DNA from: a virus
Virus record (IMG/VR): IMGVR_UViG_3300008952_000006
Coordinates: 109,035 to 173,034 of that record
Reading direction: 5' to 3' (one strand)
DNA length: 64,000 nucleotides
A model generated the notes under the pieces. That model saw only the letters and a list, made by a program, of their open reading frames with translations. It ran no database searches and was not told the DNA's origin. The stretch's first letter is position 1, and the number at the start of each line of letters is the position of its first letter. The translations under genes and the position numbers were made by a program. Positions 36,701 through 44,324 of this stretch are shown piece by piece.

Positions 36701-37733
36701 ACAACGCTGCTTTTAAGTCTGCAGGCCATTCGCCAGCACCAAGAAAGGAACCGCCTCCGGGAGGCATGATTTTAATCGTATTGGTGAAGGGCAAAGTTGA
36801 GCTATTAGACCAGAGCGCATGGGTCTTCCAGTTAGCGGTCATGTATATTAGGGGACCGATATCCTCATCAAAGACCTGCTTGACCCTAGCCTGGAGGACA
36901 TCGCGCTTCATATCGGGCTCCCCGTGCCCAACAATTTGTACAGAGACGATGTCGCTAAAATTATTCAAAATGGCTGTCTCAATCCCGCGTTTGGTATTGA
37001 GCGACCGCTCGGAGAGGCTCCTCTCCGCCCGAACCAGAAAATCTGCGTTGGTCTCTTGTGTGACACCGCCAGTGAAGGCGTTCAGGTTCGCCACTCGCGC
37101 AACCCCCGAAAGACCGTTTACAAAACGGATCTCCCCAACACCTATATTAGTGGCTGCGTCAGGTAGCTGAGAGCGGACGGGTATGTCTATGTAGTATTGG
37201 CTCCCCGAGCGCGTCATGTCTGACGGTGCGTAGGTGAAGGCCTCCTCGGGAACGTAACCAAAGCCAGAAGCAGTGCTAAACACAATTGAGGAGTCAACCC
37301 CAACAGACCGTGCGGTGGTAAAGTAGACCCTCACGAGCCCGCGTGAGTAATCACCGTATTTGCGCTCAGACAAGACATTAGACAAGAGGGCGTCAAGCTC
37401 AACCTCTGTAAGCGCGTCACTGTCCCCCAGAGAGTTTTGGAGGCGCAGAAATTCGATCTCACGCTGCAGGGGCTCGAGGATGAGGGCGAGGGGGTTTACA
37501 AGAACATCGCGAATAACAGAACCGGGGCTGGTAGCATCCAGGTCCGGGAACTCATCCGCCAGTCGGGCAACAATAAAGGACCCAATATCCACAGCTAGTG
37601 GATCAGTGCCCAAGCGCTTTATGAGCGGGTCAATGACCTTCATATACATCAACGATCCCTCGGAATCGTCAAGTGAAGGGTCTAGGTCGAGCAAGCGCTC
37701 TATAAGAAATCTTTTTAGTGTCTCATTAGCCAT
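30798..37733 (-). CDS. Baseplate J-like (gp6-like) wedge protein, greatly enlarged
   Basis: PGSVIRDVLVNP...LDALLSN...R..G..SRG.V.VYF...NLNAFTGGVTQETNADFLVR...SL, the J-family N-terminal signature; 2311 aa. Confidence 0.8.
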   Translation of the reverse strand: MANETLKRFLIERLLDLDPSLDDSEGSLMYMKVIDPLIKRLGTDPLAVDIGSFIVARLADEFPDLDATSPGSVIRDVLVNPLALILEPLQREIEFLRLQNSLGDSDALTEVELDALLSNVLSERKYGDYSRGLVRVYFTTARSVGVDSSIVFSTASGFGYVPEEAFTYAPSDMTRSGSQYYIDIPVRSQLPDAATNIGVGEIRFVNGLSGVARVANLNAFTGGVTQETNADFLVRAERSLSERSLNTKRGIETAILNNFSDIVSVQIVGHGEPDMKRDVLQARVKQVFDEDIGPLIYMTANWKTHALWSNSSTLPFTNTIKIMPPGGGSFLGAGEWPADLKAALLEAKYIRVADGSGLTWSHCDLDPLGVPHEPLWGDSDGNAGVAQPFRKNTYNDTVLNRIRAVDETFYNDGNDYAIYIKLKDFEIYPSPPSITNDVPFLGTADTSAPEMGLNKRSNQGSAFKMIGESGGVETVLGAHLPFTDHVHTSFVPNEVPGSVVVGRDFLFSFTNTDLTDQNENGDSLGFSYPKMMQMWPLTKFYSSTDLGIGRIDSFLVSKNRAVYPGKDEFVFDSSPVFSLFREHLKIIDFGGPKSSDPDPEVRFDGETAEDLGRNPGCMIQAMNDLGGANPHQPITSTWGTFPHPGQVDIILDSTQTKWANRGVTEGHYISCSVYSLESAPGTPGIFDGNLSNVEGQLQWQGWGRIVKVGAGTPWRIRVEGMDFGPLHENNFGHFSPSASMIVTVPDPVPQLPTANSASPDVITVTVGGVHIIDITTQWGGGGVNASTTLTFTTAGFTPGGGPYNGGIIDIDAPLTAAGTVTVDDSASSYATLDLWVAGLAAAIDTDPTAGFFTSASALGPALTITCDLFGRYGNTMNAANCTQNGANVGAGFGLFTGGDEPTAQELAVHMASEITANIPNISAEALSDGRVRIFSDNPGSTDNNTPVTILHTDLPAVDLFALATWNLNAVLQGGFDYAFGPLAQVGVDQNIGAPVPGANAPDLAAGSAEEFDHEELTPNPDPVDGMSSLYTLVAENSPIQRGSLRLHYWDVGPDGGAGTQVVWDDDSDGNLVEVIPGAGYLASSQIDYSSGTVAIVFAPGFTPRAENMLPLAGNHPLPLFSIGYNYYLNPFKAYWTVYRGEVETISPSGDLGVSYDDFSFAPAYKRPGPDGTNATANGAVAARGPCYYEGDRWQVDFNGHLGSTYRFSSGVGAINQREAVWVRLGKSFEQQHPSLGGPPVTRCLSGEVINFDRPSVGINGNPYGPGYSTVDQLSYCEKRYPAAKSSSLGLAKDVDNDAVVDSHFVTRTPLPLVAGATRLVDPSDQTQTDFDLDEMSFINYAGSFGFLLPHPMGPAHYGEPGNLDNSEFDYLTNNIALQHLLDHQVLQVYEGASGDMGDTGIVVSGIPGSVPFPGWFGGDFEIENDKIHIGGMTDVYVKATAAEERTTPPIRLQPEALDPDALPAPSPTDPPPEYEVLLQATDGAIDSAWDDTHFDSLALLSAIATHYGAAGIISLDNLVIELLDVPSPDLQPRFFRAIHTTATGVKVDGAFPAGAAYAGMRFRALFGCTTSIDKPLIVLQQGADLIVQKNDFSVFCPTGFDFGTDPADVAVYISIDSIEARGEYRVTGKNLNTLVTETAITESGSALSYRVYTKQAAGVDLPLVRVKSVSLSGDEVEGVSVPYKNPVDIIASSFAGLNDDPINEESLGNNPFPPTLEVLSYGGEPRLHLIVDDNEDFVTEYKTIRYDVLRIETLDEPNKYFYVEDFVNVNTGGGTGFLNALVLDRTISGLSSAIENVQFSLGRPAVGTAQLVFKDPTFFEAGPDTEFSYVSVRSTPGIETAGDDKTYKFRPSPLESAVLYKTGYTTTDLTIDGTLDNAKIYSLDVNFLKHDIKVGDRLTILTRVMRSAAFNGAAPFLDDENLSLAGKTLVINIDGAKKSVVFSGPNPTTLEQAVSDINRQVGDKLKAAVIEPDPTGSPEEYFLQISSNLPIELTNDGTIGILTELRVNTDLIHRDNNYYPAGGGAELFDPYLVTAVNYIDKNTAPGGVARWELEITSVDGGQPTPVTDIQSVFVEARRYKYQRIYPSDMTDNGFGLYTAPVTLTSYDPNTPTALITDNTQLSVEGHKSLGYEMIVKNANYSYSLGEECSLRTTSVVLSDVQDSFDTVYPLPGADVTITYDRSQVVSDIQGFLLSPSLRVVCNNPLSRHFFPAYPIGELNYGDTRLSPTEVQGILEEHFKTLYPNAPLELYDISAIMARKGVGYIQFPQVVEFLLHDENRVLKVARSVDIIYLNKRFHIMEDLAGITVNKVT

Positions 37734-37762
37734 AATAAACAGTCCTACTTGCCCGCTAGAAT

Positions 37763-38773
37763 TTATAACCCGCCAGCATCTTTAATCGCCTCCTCGGCAG
37801 CACCAATCAATAAACTAATTGTCGCTTGTCTCCTAGCAAAAGTATTCAAACGAAGGCTCAAATCCATGACAGATGGATTAGATGGGTCGAAGCTGATGTT
37901 TAACACTTGCACGTCACTTAACCGTTCTTCTGGGGGAAGGGTCGATGCTGCTTGTTGTGCAGCAAAATAAACACCCGTGTTAATTATATTTAAAACAGTC
38001 TTCGCTACAAGACCCTGTGGATTACTCAGGGCAACCTTCTGCCCAACCCAATTTTGTAGATTGCCCCCTAAGGTTTTATTGAAAACATCGCTGCCGGGGG
38101 TCGTGAGGAGCACTTTGACGAATTGCTGTACCAATTTGAACTCGCCAGAAACAGAAGAAATATTGTCAGTAAATAAGTAAGCAAACAAAGAGGACCTGTC
38201 CGCCACACGAGAGGTGGTGACAACCTCCACATCATCTATAGAGACGTCATTCTGAGGCAACGTGCAAAGAATGGTTCTATTATCCATTATCACGTACCCC
38301 TGGGATTTCCGGTTAACATAAACCCCAACCGCTTTGTCAAAATTGGCACCAGAAAGCTGTAAAATCCCTCCCTCAAGGGTGGCTCTAAGGGACCCTGGTG
38401 GGGCTTTTGTGTCAAGGCCCCCATCCGGGCCCCCTAAGTCCGTTAAAACCTCAGGGGTATTTACCTCAACACCGGCAGCGTCTGTGGCTACCCTGTTGAT
38501 ACGTATGCTGGTAACAGCCTCCACAAGGACCCCTTGGTCCTGGAGTTCCTGTGGAAAGGCCACCAAAAGAGTTGTGAGGTCCGTAACAATAAACTTGGAA
38601 TTGTAACCGTTTACCTGGACGCTGTTTACTGTAAGGAAGCTAGACTCCGGTAGACTGGAGAACCCTGTACCAGAATCTACGGCTGGAGCTGCCTCAACAC
38701 GAATCATAGATAGAAATCGTACCCCACTCAATTTCGCAATGTCGCGTACATAAACCGCTTGTAAATCAATCAT
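37763..38773 (-). CDS. Baseplate gp25/GpW-like protein with N-terminal Ig-like domains
   Basis: VSGEFKLVQQFVKVLLTTPGSDVFNKTLGGNL...PEERLSDVQV; directly upstream of the J-like gene. Confidence 0.75.
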   Translation of the reverse strand: MIDLQAVYVRDIAKLSGVRFLSMIRVEAAPAVDSGTGFSSLPESSFLTVNSVQVNGYNSKFIVTDLTTLLVAFPQELQDQGVLVEAVTSIRINRVATDAAGVEVNTPEVLTDLGGPDGGLDTKAPPGSLRATLEGGILQLSGANFDKAVGVYVNRKSQGYVIMDNRTILCTLPQNDVSIDDVEVVTTSRVADRSSLFAYLFTDNISSVSGEFKLVQQFVKVLLTTPGSDVFNKTLGGNLQNWVGQKVALSNPQGLVAKTVLNIINTGVYFAAQQAASTLPPEERLSDVQVLNISFDPSNPSVMDLSLRLNTFARRQATISLLIGAAEEAIKDAGGL

Positions 38774-39135
38774 TTATCACTACCGTCAATCTCTAGGGCA
38801 TCCTGCACTACGCCGCCTTTACCATCTTCACCTATCAACTGGGTCTGGAGGTAGTTCAGTCTAGAAATCAAAGTACGCTTTGCACCAGAAAAAGCGGCAG
38901 TACTTTCGTCATCTGCCTCTTCCCCTATCAAAGCTAGCCTTTCTGTGATGACTTCCGCCAAAGAGTAGCCCGTAAAATAGTCATTAGTCCGAGCAGTGGT
39001 CCGGAAAAATTCTAATGCCTCATCAATTAAAGAGGCAATTTTACGCTTCGCGAGCTTATCGCTTACATCGCCCGCACGAAGAGTGCTGGATTCTGCTGCT
39101 ACGGTTGCGCCGCCGCTTTCTGGGAGGTCACTCAT
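38770..39135 (-). CDS. Hypothetical protein (tail module)
   Basis: Translationally coupled on both sides. Confidence 0.65.
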   Translation of the reverse strand: MSDLPESGGATVAAESSTLRAGDVSDKLAKRKIASLIDEALEFFRTTARTNDYFTGYSLAEVITERLALIGEEADDESTAAFSGAKRTLISRLNYLQTQLIGEDGKGGVVQDALEIDGSDK

Positions 39136-42100
39136 TAATCTTCCGGTGCTGCTGGGTCTATGTCCTGGGTATTAGTATTAATACCACGAGTATCATAATC
39201 TGTTAGGGGGTTATTATTTGTAGAGTATTCTATAAAACTTGTCTCTCCTCCGAGCAGGTTGAAGGCCCGCACTAACAAGTTGTCCAAGCTTGTCTGGTTG
39301 GAGACCTCTGCTACTGTAAGCTCCGAAACCTCACTAAACTGACCTGTCATTAACATATTTAATGGCAAAGTAAGCCTTTCTTGTTTCAGCGTATCCAGTA
39401 ATTTATCAACTGTTTTTACGATATGTGCATCATACCCTAAATAGCTTTCCCGGATAGGGTTTAAAGCGCTTCGTAGAGCAAAAAGTAAGGACATGTACTG
39501 TCCCTGCCCAGACCCAGAACTAACAAAAATGTTAGTCGCGCTTAGTAATAAATTATCACCAGTAATACTTTCCAGCCCTTGTAGGGCCCGGAAGAGTGCG
39601 TCTCGAATAGCTGTAAACCTATACCACCCTAAGGAGACAATTTTTAAATCCTCATAGGGGTATATATGGGAAGTCCCTTCCGGCACCTCAAAAGAAACGT
39701 TATCTCCTAAAACAGAGGTGACGCGCCCTATAACCCTCTCAGACCCCCCAGAACCATTTTCAATGACAACATCATTAGGGTGTATCTCGTAGCCGTTTTT
39801 AACAGAGCCCCGCAAAGCAACGGTGCTGGATGACCCTATGGTGGTTGCCCCATCTACAAAGCCGAGGTCGTCACCAAGTATTGTTGTAACCGAAATAGCG
39901 CTCTCTGCCTCATTGTTCTGGGACTTGACCTTGATCTTGCTTCTGGAGATGGTGCAAGACCAGTCGCCACCAAGGGTTAGTCCCTCTACCGAAGCATCGT
40001 CAATAGCTAGAGGTAATGTAGGCCAGACATCTAAAACTGAAGAAGCGCCAGGCCCCGATATGCCAGTAATCTTGGTGTGGAACACCCGCGCAGACCTAGA
40101 TAGCCCCGTGTTACCCGCTCCCCATGTCACCCTGACGTCATCACCAACCTCTAGGCTTTCTGGGGGCAAATCAACAGAGATGGTAGTCGTAGATGGCAAC
40201 GCGGCCAGGATCGCTGTTATTGGCACCCCTGTAGCGATGGTGTTGGGCGGACAACTGACCGTTATGGGGCCGGAAGAGGTAACGTCAGCAAAGGGGGTGT
40301 CGGAACCAAAGAACTCGCCTCGAGATGAATAAAGGGCCCCAATAGCTTCATTGATGGAGTTAGGCTGGGATGACCACACGGGCGCGAATGGGGTTGAATT
40401 TGGTAGGGCTTGTTGATGATTAGGGAAAGCAATTCTAGAGGCGGAGCCGTGCAAGTCAGACGCAAACCAAAGAGTGTTTGTAGCCCCAGAGTACGCAACC
40501 TGCACGTCACTAACAAAAGAGGTCCCGCCGAGCAACGTCACCAAGTCAGCCCCGCTCGTAACCCACTCCAACTGATTCCCTGGGGTTGGGGTGGGGAGCA
40601 CCGCAGAAAGCAGAGTATTGTGCTTGAAAATCTTTATTACGCTGTAGTCGTTTAAAATAGGGGGAGGGTAAACACCTGGAGTAGTGTCAATCACCTCCAT
40701 GCGAGCTAACGGATGGAATCCGTGAGAGCACGTTAGATAGCTCCCCTCCGTCAAGGGGTGGGGCATTTGAATAAAAATGTGTCCTGTTTCGTAGTCAACG
40801 CGACCAAAAGCTACCTGATACCCCGTGACCGTTATTGCGGCGAGTGCTGACGGAGCTACACCAAAGGTTAGGTTTATCTCCCCAGTAGAAAAATTTATCT
40901 CACAGTAATCTCCCGCAGCGCCGCCAGTGCATTCATAAAATCCCGCAGTGGTGCCGGGGGTCAGTGTGGGGGTAAACGCATACTGAAATATAGTATTCTC
41001 TAAGTACACGATAGTCCATGTGAGGTTCTCTTCATAAATGGGTGGTTTCATACGACCTGGGTACGGCGACGTAAAAGTAAAACTAAGATCCATGCCGTTA
41101 TATGGGCTGTCAGGCGAAAGTATGTGCGCAAGGACCCAGGAGGCCGTGTCGTTACTAAAAAGAACCCCAGAAACCCCGTCATCTACCGCAGTTACGGGGA
41201 GGTCAGTCCCCCCGTCATGCACAAGAGCATTGACCTGTACGCCGCCATCGTAGTTTGGGTTCCCCGTAGAGGGCCTAACAACCGACTTTAGGTAGGGGGA
41301 CAGAACTACAGGATTGCCCAAGTCATCCACGACCCCACCATCTGTGTCGGTACCGCTCGAGGAAAACCACTTCTCATCAGCAGACACCTGGGGGGTCGTC
41401 TGGTGGTATAGGATCCCAGCATCCTCTTTGGTGAACAAAGGAGCCCCCAGACTTACAGATATGTTGGGCAAAACGGACTGGGGGGCATGTACTGACGCAG
41501 AAGCACCGCTACCCAACGTAAACACAACTGAGGAGTCCTCGTCTAGGATGAAGGGCTTTGTGCCCCCGATCATCTCGGCGGAAACACCAGCTCTGGTATC
41601 GACAGAACCATTATATTTAGGCTCTGTTATGTCTAGCTTGGGAACAGACTGTTGAGATAGGAGAGACGCGAGAATTGTAGCGTCCAATAGCGCGCCAGAT
41701 AGGTCAGTGGAGCCCTCGTGAGAAAGAAGGGTAGTTGTAGCTTTCCTGGCCTGTGCAGAAAACGACAGAGGTTCAAACGAAGCGCCAGAGTAATTGGTCA
41801 GGGCGTCAAGAAACTGCCCCGCCTCAGCAAGTATAACCTCGATTAAAAACCCGGTTTCCTCTGCAAGGATAATAGACTGCTCCTGTGCATACGCAGGACT
41901 AATACCTGCATTGTGGAACCCGTCTGCCGTTACGCTACTCTTGGTAAAATCGGTAGCAACCCTTGAAAACTCCTGTAGCAGGACCTCGCGCTCACCTTCC
42001 GAGGCAACCTCCAGCCTGTAGCTAATATCTAGTAGAGTGTCTAGCTTGCTTGTGTCCGGTAGGGGGTCTTCCTGCCTCGATATCGGGGCGTATCTCTCAA

Positions 42101-42341
42101 GAGAATCTATATTGGCAAGGGCTTTGGAGAGAAAGCTGATGTGTCGGTTGGCGAAAAGTTTTAGAAGAGCGTAGACCGAGTCAACGTCCGAATTAAGTGT
42201 ACGAAACACAAGATCCTTGACACCATCAACAAGATCGTCCGCAGACTGGCGTGTATTGCGGTTCACAACAGACACACCGGTCCTAAGAGCATCGATTCTA
42301 GCGCTTATCTCGTCTTCAGTGTATCTATTGCTACCACTCAT
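39135..42341 (-). CDS. Large virion structural protein (baseplate region)
   Basis: 1068 aa, acidic; helical ends and beta-rich middle with INFSTGEI and VDYETGHI motifs. Confidence 0.6.
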   Translation of the reverse strand: MSGSNRYTEDEISARIDALRTGVSVVNRNTRQSADDLVDGVKDLVFRTLNSDVDSVYALLKLFANRHISFLSKALANIDSLERYAPISRQEDPLPDTSKLDTLLDISYRLEVASEGEREVLLQEFSRVATDFTKSSVTADGFHNAGISPAYAQEQSIILAEETGFLIEVILAEAGQFLDALTNYSGASFEPLSFSAQARKATTTLLSHEGSTDLSGALLDATILASLLSQQSVPKLDITEPKYNGSVDTRAGVSAEMIGGTKPFILDEDSSVVFTLGSGASASVHAPQSVLPNISVSLGAPLFTKEDAGILYHQTTPQVSADEKWFSSSGTDTDGGVVDDLGNPVVLSPYLKSVVRPSTGNPNYDGGVQVNALVHDGGTDLPVTAVDDGVSGVLFSNDTASWVLAHILSPDSPYNGMDLSFTFTSPYPGRMKPPIYEENLTWTIVYLENTIFQYAFTPTLTPGTTAGFYECTGGAAGDYCEINFSTGEINLTFGVAPSALAAITVTGYQVAFGRVDYETGHIFIQMPHPLTEGSYLTCSHGFHPLARMEVIDTTPGVYPPPILNDYSVIKIFKHNTLLSAVLPTPTPGNQLEWVTSGADLVTLLGGTSFVSDVQVAYSGATNTLWFASDLHGSASRIAFPNHQQALPNSTPFAPVWSSQPNSINEAIGALYSSRGEFFGSDTPFADVTSSGPITVSCPPNTIATGVPITAILAALPSTTTISVDLPPESLEVGDDVRVTWGAGNTGLSRSARVFHTKITGISGPGASSVLDVWPTLPLAIDDASVEGLTLGGDWSCTISRSKIKVKSQNNEAESAISVTTILGDDLGFVDGATTIGSSSTVALRGSVKNGYEIHPNDVVIENGSGGSERVIGRVTSVLGDNVSFEVPEGTSHIYPYEDLKIVSLGWYRFTAIRDALFRALQGLESITGDNLLLSATNIFVSSGSGQGQYMSLLFALRSALNPIRESYLGYDAHIVKTVDKLLDTLKQERLTLPLNMLMTGQFSEVSELTVAEVSNQTSLDNLLVRAFNLLGGETSFIEYSTNNNPLTDYDTRGINTNTQDIDPAAPED

Positions 42342-42660
42342 CCCCGAACTCCATACCTCTAAGCCTTCTAGCTTCCTCTTCTGTAAGACTAGTAACTTTA
42401 GAGCGTACGAGGTCTGGGCTTAGCCCCAAGATGTCACAAACAACAGGGAATGAACAAATATGATCCTCACTAATGTCGTGGAACAACCACTGACCGGCGT
42501 CTGCTCCCACTTTTCGCAACTTCAAACTCTCGTGATCGTGGTATAGAACCCAATCCACCGCTGCTCGTCTAACGACGGCTGCCCAAAGGCGAAGAAACCA
42601 AGGAACCCTTGTGTTTCGTTTCGCTGCGGCAGTAAATAGTCCATCATACGACGATGACAC
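42331..42660 (-). CDS. Small helical protein, possible transcription regulator
   Basis: RLWAAVVRRAAVD...AGQWLF...SFPVVCDILGLSPDLVR, an HTH-like pattern. Confidence 0.5.
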   Translation of the reverse strand: MSSSYDGLFTAAAKRNTRVPWFLRLWAAVVRRAAVDWVLYHDHESLKLRKVGADAGQWLFHDISEDHICSFPVVCDILGLSPDLVRSKVTSLTEEEARRLRGMEFGDEW

Positions 42661-43612
42661 TCAAAGTACCCCTAAGCACAGGCTCAGGGTCTATGGAAAT
42701 ACCCATACCCTCCTCCGGTGCAATACGAGCGGCTTCGAGTGTTGCGGTTCCTGCGCCTATAGCGGTGACCACGAGAGTGTTACTGTCTGAATAAGATAAT
42801 CCTATTATTAATCCTCCTACATCATCAGATGTAAGTGTGACAGCAACAAGCCCTTCTACTCTCAGTCCGCTTCTGTGAACGGTTTCGAGGGAAAGAACTG
42901 CTTGTTGCCCAACACCCATGTTCAAGACAGGGTTGTCTAAGGGAACCAGTAATGCGTTGTCCTTGGTGTATTCAACACCATCGACAACAGGGAAAATAAC
43001 ATCTGGCAATAAAGAAGCAGTCAGGTCTGGGACCTTTATCGTTCTAGATAAATTCTCAAACCCTTCGAGATAAACTTGGTACGTTGCACCACGCAGCAGA
43101 TCAACAGACGCATATCCTGCGCCGTCTGTGCGTATAACCTGAGATTTAGGGATAACAGCATTTGCTGTGTTGGAAGCTGCATAGTAAGCAAGCTCCGGTA
43201 AGGTTTCTTCAGAGAAGAAGATACTAAGTTGTTTGATTGGTTTCCCGTAAGGGTCCATAAACGTCCCGGAACAACGGCAAAAATGCTCGTCAGTCGCGGC
43301 TGGTAATGCGGATACATCGATAAGAACATCAAAAATTTGTGGGTCTAGAACGGTACCAACCTCGATTGAGTGGAGGTTGCCTTCTTGGACTATAGCTGCC
43401 CCCAAAGGCGGCGTGACCTGAACTTCGTATGTACCAGCGGCACGGTCTCCCAGGTAAACACTTCCGTCTGGGTTTGCCCCAGCGCCAGTAATGTCAGAAG
43501 CAAGGGCTACGCCACCGCCGTCAGGATGAAGGCTTATATTAACCCCATTAACGGGGGCGCTTCCGAGGGATCCGAAAGGGGCTGTTCTGCAATGTACATA
43601 TACGTCTGCCAT
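42644..43612 (-). CDS. Virion protein with prealbumin/Ig-like beta-sandwich domains
   Basis: APVNGVNISL...GTYEVQV; CSGTFMDPYGKP...RTDGAGYASVDLLRGATY; similar to the C-terminus of 47376-49316. Confidence 0.6.
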   Translation of the reverse strand: MADVYVHCRTAPFGSLGSAPVNGVNISLHPDGGGVALASDITGAGANPDGSVYLGDRAAGTYEVQVTPPLGAAIVQEGNLHSIEVGTVLDPQIFDVLIDVSALPAATDEHFCRCSGTFMDPYGKPIKQLSIFFSEETLPELAYYAASNTANAVIPKSQVIRTDGAGYASVDLLRGATYQVYLEGFENLSRTIKVPDLTASLLPDVIFPVVDGVEYTKDNALLVPLDNPVLNMGVGQQAVLSLETVHRSGLRVEGLVAVTLTSDDVGGLIIGLSYSDSNTLVVTAIGAGTATLEAARIAPEEGMGISIDPEPVLRGTLSVIVV

Positions 43613-43616
43613 CTAG

Positions 43617-44324
43617 TTACCTTTTCGGGAGAGACTGTAGCGGGGCTAAAGTGTTAAAAGCGGGTAGTGGCTTCTTTTTAGGGGCTGCCGTAGTCGCAGA
43701 AGCGCCAAAGAGCCCACCTTTTGGGAACGCCGAGGATGGGTTAAGGGCGGCTTGCCCACTCCCATAGGTCATGTACCCTCGGAAAGCCTGTCGGGGAATC
43801 CCAGTAATATGACGGGGATCAGCGAGCCTTGTGGAGGACAGGCCTGCTTTGGTAGCCTTGTTTAAACCCAAGATTGGGCTATTTCCAGCAGGCCCATAGC
43901 CGCCCCATGAACGGTTCCATGGAGTGAGGGCTCCCTTAGCTGTTGTGACAGCCTTTTTTCTGGCTAGCAAGGACGCTGCCGGGGCCACCTTTCTCGCTCG
44001 GAGGGCTTGGACGCCCAATTGTAATGCCTTCCCTATCCCGCCAGCAACCCGTACAGCGGGGATCATGCTCGCAACACCAAACGCTGTTGCCCATGGATTC
44101 TTTTTAACGTACCGAACAGCGGGTTCGAGCTTTTGTAATAACGACGTGGTGGGTTTATTAGGCTTAATATCAGCAGGGTTTACCGCGCCGCCTTTAGGGC
44201 GGACACCGAGCCCACTCGCATCAAGGGCCACCTTCTCAAAACGAGACCCCGCACCGCGTACTTCATTAGTGTAAGCTGCGCTTGATATCTTCATAAATGG
44301 GCCGGGGCAATTCTTGGTGTACAT
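43617..44324 (-). CDS. Basic protein with KxA leader (putative head cargo)
   Basis: FEKVA ending at residue 33; K/A/G-rich; paralog of 44324-45715. Confidence 0.6.
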   Translation of the reverse strand: MYTKNCPGPFMKISSAAYTNEVRGAGSRFEKVALDASGLGVRPKGGAVNPADIKPNKPTTSLLQKLEPAVRYVKKNPWATAFGVASMIPAVRVAGGIGKALQLGVQALRARKVAPAASLLARKKAVTTAKGALTPWNRSWGGYGPAGNSPILGLNKATKAGLSSTRLADPRHITGIPRQAFRGYMTYGSGQAALNPSSAFPKGGLFGASATTAAPKKKPLPAFNTLAPLQSLPKR

